Shown here in pieces: positions 33,837 to 42,571 of a DNA stretch of 48,774 nt. The notes below the pieces were generated by a model that had not been told where the DNA came from, made no database searches, and saw only the letters and a program-made list of their open reading frames with translations. The position numbers and the translations under genes were made by a program. This stretch comes from Actinomycetota bacterium (GTDB lineage: Bacteria; Actinomycetota; Acidimicrobiia; IMCC26256; JACDBD01). The stretch lies in NCBI GenBank assembly GCA_046727755.1, contig JBKPDG010000118.1:1-48774 (forward strand). The letters are read 5' to 3'. How positions within the stretch are numbered: position 1 is the first letter of the stretch; each line of letters begins with the position of its first letter.

Positions 33837-35027
33837 ATGTCGACGGCAGTCGATGTCCTCGTGGTGGGGGCCGGGCCTGCGGGCGCGGCAGCAGGTCTGG
33901 CCGCCCGGCGCCGGGGGCTGGACGTCCTCGTCGTCGACAAGGCCACCTTCCCGCGCGACAAGACCTGCGGCGACGGGCTGACCACCGCCGCGTTGCGCCT
34001 GCTCGAGCAGCTCGGCGTCGACCTGCGACGGCTCCCCGGATACATGGCGGTGCGCGAGACCGTCCTCGTGGCGCCCGACGGCCGGCGCGTCTCACTCCCG
34101 CTGGCGGCCGACGGCGATCATGCCGCGGTCGTGCCACGCGTCGAGCTCGACGCTGCCATCGTCGACACCGCCCGGCGATCCGGCGTCGAGGTGCGCGACG
34201 GGGTGGCCGTCACCGGGATCGACACGAACGGCGAAGGGGTCACGGCAACCACGGGGGAAGACGGCTCGGTACGCGCCCGCTTCCTCGTCGCGGCGGACGG
34301 TCACTACTCGTTCGTGCGGCGCTGCCTGCGCAGGGCCGCGCTACCCGAACTCGGCACCTGGCACGCGTTCCGCCAGTACTTCCGCGGCGTCGACGACCCC
34401 CGGCTCTACGTGCTGTTCGAGGCCGACCTGCTCCCCGGCTACGCCTGGGTATTCCCATTGCCGGAAGGGCGCGCCAACGTCGGGTTCGGCGTGCTGCGCC
34501 GTCCGGGCACGTCCGGCAAGGAGCTCAACGCCCGCTGGCGCGAGCTGCTCGGCCGCCCGAGCGTGCGAACGGTGCTCGGCCCCGCCGCCGAGCCCGAGGC
34601 GACGCACCGCGCCTGGCCGATCCCGGCTTCGTTCGAGTACGACGCGCTCGCCGACGGGCGCGTGCTGTACGTCGGCGACGCCGCCAACGTGGTCGACCCC
34701 ATGACCGGCGAGGGGATCGCCCAGGCGATCGAGACGGCGCTGGTGGCGGTGGACGCGATCTCGACGGGTGAACCGGACACGGTCGGCTCGCGGTACCGAG
34801 ACGGCGTCCGCCGGACGCTGGGACGCGACCTGCACTTCGCCGCTGCGCTCCAGCGCGTGCTCCGCTCGCGCCGCGGCGCCGCGCTGGCGGTGCGCACCGC
34901 GGGCCTGACGCCGTGGACGCGCCGTCACTTCGCGCGCTGGATGTTCGAGGACTATCCCCGCGCCCTGCTGCTGACGCCCGACCGCTGGCGCCGCGGCATG
35001 TTCGCCGGTGGCGGCGCGTATCGCTAG
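33837..35027 (+). CDS. Geranylgeranyl reductase family FAD-dependent oxidoreductase
   Basis: DVLVVGAGPAGAAAG, FPRDKTCGDGLT, VGDAANVVDPMTGEGI. Confidence 0.85.
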   Translation: MSTAVDVLVVGAGPAGAAAGLAARRRGLDVLVVDKATFPRDKTCGDGLTTAALRLLEQLGVDLRRLPGYMAVRETVLVAPDGRRVSLPLAADGDHAAVVPRVELDAAIVDTARRSGVEVRDGVAVTGIDTNGEGVTATTGEDGSVRARFLVAADGHYSFVRRCLRRAALPELGTWHAFRQYFRGVDDPRLYVLFEADLLPGYAWVFPLPEGRANVGFGVLRRPGTSGKELNARWRELLGRPSVRTVLGPAAEPEATHRAWPIPASFEYDALADGRVLYVGDAANVVDPMTGEGIAQAIETALVAVDAISTGEPDTVGSRYRDGVRRTLGRDLHFAAALQRVLRSRRGAALAVRTAGLTPWTRRHFARWMFEDYPRALLLTPDRWRRGMFAGGGAYR

Positions 35028-35115
35028 AGGAGCGCGCGGGTTCCCCGCGGATGGTCGTCGAAAATTGCGCCGTCGGGCGCGAGACTGAGCGCAGTTCGAC
35101 CAGAGGGACCCGGGA

Positions 35116-36215
35116 ATGGGATTGGACCTGGGATCAATCGAGTTCTACGCCGGTCCGACAGTCCTGGGGGGTCCGGACGATCTCGACGCCGTCGTGCGCT
35201 CGTTCATCAGCGGCGCCGAGAAGCGATTGCTCATCGCGGTGCAAGAGCTCGACTCGCGGGCGATCGCGGAGGCGATCCTCGCCGCCAAGGTGGCAAGCGT
35301 GCGCGCCCAATTGATCCTCGAGGGCGACTACCTCGTCGAAGACCCGCCGGTGGCCGATCCCTGGGCCGAGGTGGGCGACAACGAGGACAACCGGGCGATC
35401 CCCTCGGCGGTGCTGCGCGCCGGTGTCGACGTCATCACCGATCTCAACCCGAAGATCTTCCACCAGAAGTTCATGGTGCGGGACCCGGGCTTGCCGACGG
35501 CCGCCGTGCTGACCGTGTTGACCAACTTCACGCTCACCGACACGGGCAAGAATCCGCCAGGCGCCAGCCCGGTGTCGGGCAACAACCTCAACCACGTCGT
35601 CGTGCTGCACGGCGAACGCGTCGCGGAGCAGTACCTGGAGGAGTTCCTGCGCTACCGCGGCGGGACGTTCGGTGAGCTGCACGAACGCCACGAGCCCAAG
35701 CCGAGTGAGTTCCGCCTCGCGAACATCAGAGTGAAACCGCTGTTCGCGCCGATGCACGGTCCGGAGATGGAATTGATGAAGCAGATGCTCAAGGCGCGCA
35801 CGAGCATCGACTTCGCGATGTTCACCTTCGCCGAGTCGTCCGGCATCGACGACACCATGTCCGGCTCGCAGCCTCGTACCAACGGATCCGTGGCGTGCTC
35901 GACCGCGCCCAGGTTGCCCAGGACTGGGCCGCGACCCAACCGCTCAAGGCGGCCGGCGTGCAGCTTTTCCAGAACAAGCCGGGGACCGGAGTGCGCAAGG
36001 TGCATCACAAGCTGATGGTCCTCGACGAGCGGATCGTGATCGCCGGGAGCTTCAACTACACGGCGCCGGCGACAACGCTCAACGACGAGAACATCATCGT
36101 GTTCGGCGATCTGGAGGAGAACGATCCAGTCGCCGAAGCGGCCCATCGGCAACTCGCTGCGTTCGCGCTCGCCGAGATCGAACGCATCATCGCCGACTTG
36201 GCCGAGCCCGTTTGA
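35116..36215 (+). pseudogene. Two-HKD phospholipase D-like protein, reading frame broken near 35857-35866
   Basis: Frame 1 (35116-) carries HKD-1 (IFHQKFMVRD...TNFT) and degenerates into R/P/S-rich junk after ...SSGIDDTM. The next frame continues sensibly (...RIRGVLDRAQ...) and carries HKD-2 (KVHHKLMVLDERIVIAGSFNYT), ending at 36215. Confidence 0.6.
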
Positions 36216-36246
36216 ACACGCGCGGTCACCGGTACCGTGGGCGCCG

Positions 36247-37026
36247 ATGACACGTCTGCGCACCGAAACGGTTCGCCTGATCGACGAGCTGGGCGCGAAC
36301 GCCACCGCCGCCACGACCACACAGCTCGTCGACGGGTGGCTGCTCCGCGCCGCACCGGCATACCCGTTTCGCCGCTGCAACTCGGTGCTCCCGTACGGAG
36401 GCGACCGCGTCGGGATCGAAGCGCGCATCAGCACGGTCGAAGACTTCTACCGCGGCCGCGACCTTCCGGTCCGCTTCCAGGTAGGCCCGGCCGCGCTCCC
36501 CGACGGCCTCGACGACGCGCTGGAGACCCGTGGGTACGAGATCGAAGAGCCGACACTCGTCCTCGTCGCCGAGTCGTCTCGGGTCATCGCCGAGACGATG
36601 CGCGCCGAGACGGTCGAGGTCACGTTCGCCGAAGGGATCGACGAGTACTGGGTGGCCGAATACGCATCCGCGTTCGGCGACGACGACACCGAGCGCGACC
36701 GGCTCCGCGCGTACGCCCACCTCCTGCGGCATCTCGGCCCTGCCGTCGGCGCGGCGGTGCTGCCCGTCGACGAGATGCCGGCGGCCGTCGGGCTCGGCGT
36801 GCTCGAGCGGGGTTGGACGGGCGTGTTCGCGATGGGCACACGGCGCGAAGCGCGGCGGCGAGGTGCGGCCACGTCGGTCCTGCACGCACTCGCGCGCTGG
36901 GCGCACAGCCGAGACGCGTCCCGCATGTATCTCCAGGTGGAGGTCACGAACGACGGGGCGCGGCAGCTGTACACACGCGCCGGCTTCGAGACGGCGTACC
37001 GGTACCACTACCGCACCTCGGCCTGA
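36247..37026 (+). CDS. GNAT-family acetyltransferase (two-lobed, ~260 aa)
   Basis: C-terminal lobe VFAMGTRREARRRGAATSVLHALARWAHSRDASRMYLQVEVTNDGARQLYTRAGF. Confidence 0.7.
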   Translation: MTRLRTETVRLIDELGANATAATTTQLVDGWLLRAAPAYPFRRCNSVLPYGGDRVGIEARISTVEDFYRGRDLPVRFQVGPAALPDGLDDALETRGYEIEEPTLVLVAESSRVIAETMRAETVEVTFAEGIDEYWVAEYASAFGDDDTERDRLRAYAHLLRHLGPAVGAAVLPVDEMPAAVGLGVLERGWTGVFAMGTRREARRRGAATSVLHALARWAHSRDASRMYLQVEVTNDGARQLYTRAGFETAYRYHYRTSA

Positions 37027-37037
37027 CCCGCTGAGGC

Positions 37038-37061
37038 TCGCTTGACCAGTCGGTCAAGCGA
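37038..37061. promoter_or_regulatory. Candidate operator: TCGCTTGACCagtcGGTCAAGCGA (10-bp arms), same core as 18883-18900
   Basis: Read directly from the sequence. It overlaps a -35-like TTGACC (37042-37047), then 18 nt, AACACT (37066-37071), 7 nt and ATG 37079. No SD sequence. Confidence 0.5.
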
Positions 37062-37078
37062 CGGGAACACTGCTCCCC

Positions 37079-38317
37079 ATGAGCATCGATTTCACGCTTC
37101 CGCCCGACGTCGACGAGGTACGCGCTCGCGTTCGCGAGTTCATGGACGAGGTGGTGCGGCCGGCGGAGGAGAAGCTCTACGCCAACGCGCCCAACGGCGA
37201 GCCCGATCGCTCCGACGTGGTGCGGATGATCATCGAGCTGCGTCAGAAGGCGCACGAGTGGAACGTCTGGCTTCCCCACATGCCGAAGGAGTGGGGCGGC
37301 CTCGGACTCGGGATCACCGCCATGGCGTTCGTGTCGGCCGAGTCGGCCCGCACGAACTTCGGGCCGTTCATCCTCAATGCCCAGGCGCCCGACGAGGGGA
37401 ACCAACACACGCTGCTGCACCACGCCACCGACGAGCAGAAGGAGCAGTACCTGCGGCCGCTCCTCGAGGGCCGGGTGCGCTCCTGCTTCGCGATGACCGA
37501 GCCCGAGGTCGCCGGCTCCGACCCGACGGGCATCCGCACGATGGCGGTGCAAGACGGCGACGAGTGGGTGGTCAACGGCCACAAGTGGTTCATCAGCGGC
37601 GCCAAGGGGGCGACGTTTGCCATCCTCATCGCCAAGACAGACCCGGATGCCGACCCGCCGCAGGCGTCGACCACCGCGTTCCTCGTCGACCTTCCCGCCG
37701 ACGGCTGGGAGATCGTGCGCGACATCGACACGATGGCCGGCCACGGGAACCACTGCGAGATCCGAATCACCGACCTGCGCCTCCCGAACTCGGCCATCCT
37801 CGGCGGGCGCGGCAACGGACACCTGCTCGGCCAGGCTCGCCTCGGCCCGGCGCGGCTCGCGCACTGCATGCGGTGGATCGGCCAGACCGAGACCGCGCTC
37901 GAGATGCTCGTGAAGCGGGCCGAGGAGCGCCAGCTCCACGGCGCGCCACTGGCCGAGAAGCAGGCGATCCAGTGGATGATGGCGGACTCGGCGATGGAGC
38001 TGTACTCCGCCAAGCTGATGGTGCTGCACGCGGCGTACAAGATCGAGAACGAGCAGCCCTTCCGCCAGGAGGTGAGCTTCGCCAAGCACCACGTGGCGAA
38101 CATGCTCTGGAAGGTCGTCGACCGCGCGATCCAGGTGCACGGCGCGCTCGGCTATTCCACCGACACGCCGCTCGGGCGGATGCTGACGCACGCCCGCTCG
38201 GCCCGTCTCGTCGACGGCGCCGACGAGGTCCACCAGGCGCTCATCGCCCGCAATGTGCGCGCCGCCATCCGGGACACCGGCGACTCCCGCGCCGCCACCG
38301 GCGACTTCGACTTCTAG
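37079..38317 (+). CDS. Acyl-CoA dehydrogenase, FadE2 / ACAD10-11-like clade
   Basis: VRSCFAMTEPEVAGSDPTGI, NGHKWFISGA, GHGNHCEIRITDLRLP, RLGPARLAHCMRWIGQTETALE, RLVDGADEVHQALIAR. Confidence 0.92.
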   Translation: MSIDFTLPPDVDEVRARVREFMDEVVRPAEEKLYANAPNGEPDRSDVVRMIIELRQKAHEWNVWLPHMPKEWGGLGLGITAMAFVSAESARTNFGPFILNAQAPDEGNQHTLLHHATDEQKEQYLRPLLEGRVRSCFAMTEPEVAGSDPTGIRTMAVQDGDEWVVNGHKWFISGAKGATFAILIAKTDPDADPPQASTTAFLVDLPADGWEIVRDIDTMAGHGNHCEIRITDLRLPNSAILGGRGNGHLLGQARLGPARLAHCMRWIGQTETALEMLVKRAEERQLHGAPLAEKQAIQWMMADSAMELYSAKLMVLHAAYKIENEQPFRQEVSFAKHHVANMLWKVVDRAIQVHGALGYSTDTPLGRMLTHARSARLVDGADEVHQALIARNVRAAIRDTGDSRAATGDFDF

Positions 38318-38318
38318 T

Positions 38319-38361
38319 GATGCGTCCCCAGGGGGACTATTTGGGTCCCGTGGAACGCATC
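38319..38361. terminator. Hairpin between convergent genes (GATGCGT ... ACGCATC with an inner GTCCCC/GGGGAC stem)
   Basis: 7-bp outer inverted repeat (38319-38325 / 38355-38361) with a nested GC stem. No U-tract. Confidence 0.35.
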
Positions 38362-39068
38362 TAGATCGGCGGGGGCGCGGCGACGGAGAAGTGCGGCTCG
38401 AGGTGGGTCGTGTCGTTGAAGCGGCGGACGTTGATCCGGTCCTCTTCCACGACGATGTGACTGATCGACGCGTTGTCGGCCCCGATGAACGCGAAGCCGC
38501 GGGCGCCGGTGGCATTGCTGAGCACCTCACCGATGACGCCGCCATGGGTGACGACCACGACGAGCTGGTCGGGATGCGCGACGGCAACACGCGAGATCCC
38601 GAGGCTGACGCGGTCGCGGAACGCGTCGGCGGGCTCGCCGCCGGGAATCAGATCCCAGCGCTGCTCCTCGACGGCGCGCACGAACGCAGGGTCGTGCTCT
38701 GCCGCCTTCACTCGAAGCAGCCCGCCTTCCCATTCCCCCAGGTACACCTCGCGCAGCTCCGGTTCGACGCTCGGGACGATGCCGAGGCGCTTCGCCAACG
38801 GTGCGGCCGTCTCCACCGTGCGGCGCAGGGTTGTGACGTAGATGGCGGCGATGTCCTCGCCGGCGAGCCGCTCCGCGAGCCGTTCGGCTTGGTCCACGCC
38901 CACGGGGTCGAGGGGCGGGTCGCCGTGCCCGTCGACGAGCTCGAAGGGACGCTCGGGGTCGACGGGTTGGGACTCGCCGTGGCGCACGAGCAGGATCTCG
39001 GTCGCACCCGGCGGCGGTGTGTACCGGTGCTGGCGGTACCGGTTGGGCTCGATGCCGGGCTCAGTCAC
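38361..39068 (-). CDS. Histidine phosphatase (phosphoglycerate-mutase-like) family protein
   Basis: ILLVRHGES, TTLRRTVETA, EWEG, VVTHGGVI. The start is GTG 39068 (or TTG 39077); there is no in-frame ATG before the RHG motif. Confidence 0.75.
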   Translation of the reverse strand: MTEPGIEPNRYRQHRYTPPPGATEILLVRHGESQPVDPERPFELVDGHGDPPLDPVGVDQAERLAERLAGEDIAAIYVTTLRRTVETAAPLAKRLGIVPSVEPELREVYLGEWEGGLLRVKAAEHDPAFVRAVEEQRWDLIPGGEPADAFRDRVSLGISRVAVAHPDQLVVVVTHGGVIGEVLSNATGARGFAFIGADNASISHIVVEEDRINVRRFNDTTHLEPHFSVAAPPPI

Positions 39069-39102
39069 GGAGCGCAAGAGTACGGTGCGCGCGGGTGACG
39101 TT

Positions 39103-40647
39103 GTGACCTGGGATCCCGAGCTCGACGAGCTGCGGCGGCGCACCGAGCTGGCCGCGGCGATGGGTGGCGACGACAAGGTCGCCCGCCAGCACGAGGCCGG
39201 GAAGCTCACAGTGCGCGAGCGCATCGACGCCCTTGTCGACCCGGGCAGCTTCCACGAGGTCGGCGCGCTCACGGGGCGGGCCGAGTACGACGACGGGCGG
39301 CTCGCGAGGTTCACGCCCGCGAACTTCGTCATGGGCCGCGCCCGCATCGAAGGACGGCCCGTGGTCGTCGGCGGCGACGACTTCACCGTCCGTGGCGGCG
39401 CGGCGGATGCGTCGATCTTCCAGAAGCAGGTCCACGCCGAGCAGATGGCGAACGAGCTGCGGCTGCCCATCGTCCGGCTCGTCGACGGGTCCGGCGGCGG
39501 CGGGTCGGTGAAGTCGATCGAGACGATGGCGCGCAGCTTCGTGCCGTTCAACCCGGGCTGGGAGTGGGTGGTCGAGAACCTCGCCGCCGTGCCCGTCGTC
39601 TCGCTGTGCCTCGGGTCCGTCGCCGGGCTCGGCGCCGCGCGCGTCGTCACGAGCCACTACTCGGTGATGGTGCGCGGGACCTCGCAGCTGTTCGTGGCGG
39701 GTCCGCCGGTGGTCGCCCGCCTCGGTGAGCACGTCGACAAGGAGGAGCTGGGCGGCAGCGAGATCCACGGCCGCAACGGCGCGGTGGACGACGTGGTCGC
39801 CAGCGAGCACGACGCATTCGCCCGGGCCCGGGCGTTCCTCTCCTACCTCCCGCGGTCCGTCGACGACGCGCCGCCGCGAATCGAGCCGACCGACGACCCT
39901 GAACGCCGCGCGGACTGGCTCGTCGACGCGATCCCCCGCGACCCGCGCCAGGTCTACAAGGTGCGCGACATCATCGACGGGGTCGTCGATCGGGACTCGT
40001 TTCTCGAGATCGGCCGAGGGTACGGCCGGTCGGCCGTTACCGGGCTCGCCCGTCTCGACGGCTGGCCGGTGGCGGTGCTGGCCGGCGACCCGTACTTCTA
40101 CGGCGCCGGATGGACGGCCGACGCGTCGCAGAAGGTGACCCGCTTCGTCGACCTGGCCGATACGTTCCACCTGCCGGTCGTGCATTTCGTCGACAACCCG
40201 GGTTTCGTCATCGGCGTCGACGCCGAGCGGGCGGCGACGATCCGGCACGGCGCCCGGGCGCTCGCCGCGGTCTACCAAGCGCAGGTCCCGTGGTGCTCGG
40301 TGATCTTGCGCAAGGTGTACGGGGTTGCCGGCGCCGCGCACCAGAACGCGGCTCGACTCAAGTACCGGTTCGCGTGGCCGTCGGGCGACTGGGGCAGCCT
40401 GCCGCTCGCGGGAGGCATCGAGGCCGCGTACAAGGCGCAGCTCGAAGCGGCCGACGATCCCGACGCCGTCCGGGCCGAGATCGAACGCCGCCTCGACGCC
40501 GCGCGCTCGCCGTTCCGGACCGCGGAGGTGTTCATGATCGAGGAGATCGTCGACCCGCGCGACACGCGACCGTTGCTGTGCGAGTTCGCCAACCTCGCCG
40601 CGCCGGTGCGCGGCACCGGGTCTACCGCCCGTGGCGCGCGCCCGTAA
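39103..40647 (+). CDS. Carboxyltransferase-domain protein (acyl-CoA carboxylase beta-subunit family)
   Basis: WDPELDELRRRTELAAAMGGDDKVARQHEAGKLTVRERIDALVDPGSF..., RLVDGSGGG, FVDNPGF, VILRKVYGVAG. Start candidates are GTG 39103 (preferred), GTG 39085 and ATG 39052. Confidence 0.88.
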   Translation: MTWDPELDELRRRTELAAAMGGDDKVARQHEAGKLTVRERIDALVDPGSFHEVGALTGRAEYDDGRLARFTPANFVMGRARIEGRPVVVGGDDFTVRGGAADASIFQKQVHAEQMANELRLPIVRLVDGSGGGGSVKSIETMARSFVPFNPGWEWVVENLAAVPVVSLCLGSVAGLGAARVVTSHYSVMVRGTSQLFVAGPPVVARLGEHVDKEELGGSEIHGRNGAVDDVVASEHDAFARARAFLSYLPRSVDDAPPRIEPTDDPERRADWLVDAIPRDPRQVYKVRDIIDGVVDRDSFLEIGRGYGRSAVTGLARLDGWPVAVLAGDPYFYGAGWTADASQKVTRFVDLADTFHLPVVHFVDNPGFVIGVDAERAATIRHGARALAAVYQAQVPWCSVILRKVYGVAGAAHQNAARLKYRFAWPSGDWGSLPLAGGIEAAYKAQLEAADDPDAVRAEIERRLDAARSPFRTAEVFMIEEIVDPRDTRPLLCEFANLAAPVRGTGSTARGARP

Positions 40648-40735
40648 GCACAACCCTGTGCCGCAGGTCACGTAGACCCACCGCAAACCCGGCCATACCG
40701 TGACGCAAACGGCACCGGCATCCCGGGGGGCTCCG

Positions 40736-41986
40736 ATGGCACAGCCGGCCGAGCAGACACTCGACTTCCTGAGCGTCGCGATGACACCCGAGTTCCGCGA
40801 CGACCCGTACCCGTTCTTCCACCTTCTGCGTAAGCACGAGCCGGTGCATCACACGCCGCTGGGTGTCTACATGTTGAGCCGGTACGCCGACGCGTCGGCG
40901 ATCGTGCGCGACCCCGCGCTCAGCAACAACGAGCGCAACTCCGATCTGTACCAGGCCTTCGTGGAAGCCAACCCCGAGCACGGGCCCGGGCCGTTCGACG
41001 ACGAGTTCGGACAGGCCGTCATCCTCTTCCTCGACCCGCCGGACCACACCCGTCTGCGCGGCCTCGTGAACAAGGCGTTCACACCGAAGGTCGTCGGCCA
41101 ACTCCGACCGCGCATCGAGAGCATCGTCGACAACCTGCTCGACGTCGTCGCGAAGCGTGGCGACGGCCGCATGGACGTGGTGACGGACCTCGCGTACCCG
41201 CTCCCGGTCGTGATCATCTGCGAGCTCCTCGGCGTGCCGCCCGAGGACCACGCCACGTTCCAGGGCTGGTCGAGCGAGCTGGCACACAGCATCGACCCCG
41301 ACCCGTTGATCAGCCCCCAACAGCACGAGCGCATCAACGTGGCGGCGGACGCCTTCCTCGAGTACTTCCAGCACCTCATCGAGCGGCGCCGGCGCGAACC
41401 CGGCGACGACCTGCTCACCGGTCTCATCGCCGCCGAGGAGGGCGGCGACCGCCTGAGCGAGAACGAGCTGCTCGCCACCGGCCTGTTCCTGCTCATCGCC
41501 GGGCACGAGACGACGGTGAACCTCATCGGCAACGGCACGCTCGCGTTGCTCCGGAACCGCGACCAGCTCGACCGCCTGCGCGACGACCCCGACCTCGACC
41601 ACAACGCGATCGAGGAGCTGCTGCGCTACGACAGCCCGGTCACGTTCACCCAACGCATCACGCTGGCGGACTACGAGGTCGCCAACACGACCATCCCCGC
41701 TCGCCAGCAGGTGATCCCGATCCTGGCGGCCGCCAACCGCGATCCCGCCGTGTTCGCCGAGCCCGACCGGCTCGACCTGGGCCGTGAGAACGCCGGGCGT
41801 CATCTCGCCTTCGGCGGCGGCCACCACTTCTGCCTCGGGGCGGCCCTCGCGCGACTCGAAGGCCAGGTCGTCATCCCGACACTGGTCCGACGCTTTTCGA
41901 CGATCGAGCTCGACGGCAACCCGGAGCGTCGTGACACGTTCACCCTCCGGGGCCTCACACACCTGCCGGTGTTGATCAGTCCGTGA
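40736..41986 (+). CDS. Cytochrome P450
   Basis: I-helix LLIAGHETTVN, ExxR ELLRYDSP, heme loop FGGGHHFCLGAALAR. ATG 40736 follows a GGGGGG run; an alternative GTG lies at 40700. Confidence 0.92.
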   Translation: MAQPAEQTLDFLSVAMTPEFRDDPYPFFHLLRKHEPVHHTPLGVYMLSRYADASAIVRDPALSNNERNSDLYQAFVEANPEHGPGPFDDEFGQAVILFLDPPDHTRLRGLVNKAFTPKVVGQLRPRIESIVDNLLDVVAKRGDGRMDVVTDLAYPLPVVIICELLGVPPEDHATFQGWSSELAHSIDPDPLISPQQHERINVAADAFLEYFQHLIERRRREPGDDLLTGLIAAEEGGDRLSENELLATGLFLLIAGHETTVNLIGNGTLALLRNRDQLDRLRDDPDLDHNAIEELLRYDSPVTFTQRITLADYEVANTTIPARQQVIPILAAANRDPAVFAEPDRLDLGRENAGRHLAFGGGHHFCLGAALARLEGQVVIPTLVRRFSTIELDGNPERRDTFTLRGLTHLPVLISP

Positions 41987-42033
41987 CGTGCGACACGGAG
42001 TGACGCGCGACACCAAGACTTCCGTGAGACTTC
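41983..42033 (+). promoter_or_regulatory. Two sets of tandem direct repeats in the P450-downstream intergenic region
   Basis: GTGACGTGCGACAC (41983-41996) and GTGACGCGCGACAC (42000-42013): 13/14 identical, period 17. AGACTTC (42016-42022) and AGACTTC (42027-42033): period 11. Confidence 0.4.
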
Positions 42034-42149
42034 GGTAGCCGACCGCTCAACTGCTGTTCGCGTCGCGCACGCCTGCGCGTGACCGGATGGACACGTGCCC
42101 TCGTTACCGTGCGATCGAGTCGTACAAGATCAATCACGAGGAGGCACGC

Positions 42150-42539
42150 ATGGACGCACTGCACGCCTGCGCGTACCTGTCGCGCGTCGTCAGGTTGCCC
42201 GTGGCCGTCGCCGAAGCGTTGTTCGACGACGCGACCCAGATGCTCGGCTCTCGAGACCACACGGATCCCGCGGCGATCGGGACGGCACTGCTGCCCGTCC
42301 GCCGAGTCCGCACCCGATTGGGGTCCGCCCTCCCCGGGGCCGGCGTTTCCGTCGAGGTCGAGCTCGCGCCGTGGTCGAAGAGCCAGACCGAGGTTGCCGT
42401 GCGCTACGCGGGGAACCGCCAGCCGCATGCCATCGCGCGCCACGTGTACAAGAAGCGGGCGCCTGCCCTCCTCGACGAGGTGACGGACGCCATCAACGCT
42501 CGCCTCCCGGGCGCGAACGCCCAACGCCGCGCCGCGTGA
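42150..42539 (+). CDS. Hypothetical protein
   Basis: ATG 42150 is preceded by GAGGAGG. 129 aa with no recognisable motif. Confidence 0.5.
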   Translation: MDALHACAYLSRVVRLPVAVAEALFDDATQMLGSRDHTDPAAIGTALLPVRRVRTRLGSALPGAGVSVEVELAPWSKSQTEVAVRYAGNRQPHAIARHVYKKRAPALLDEVTDAINARLPGANAQRRAA

Positions 42540-42571
42540 TCGTGAGCACGTCCCGCTAGTCCGTCCGCACG

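Noticed and set aside
35850-35900. Programmed ribosomal frameshift in the PLD-like gene
   Set aside because: There is no slippery heptamer or obvious downstream stimulatory structure at the junction. A simple indel or a sequencing error is more parsimonious.
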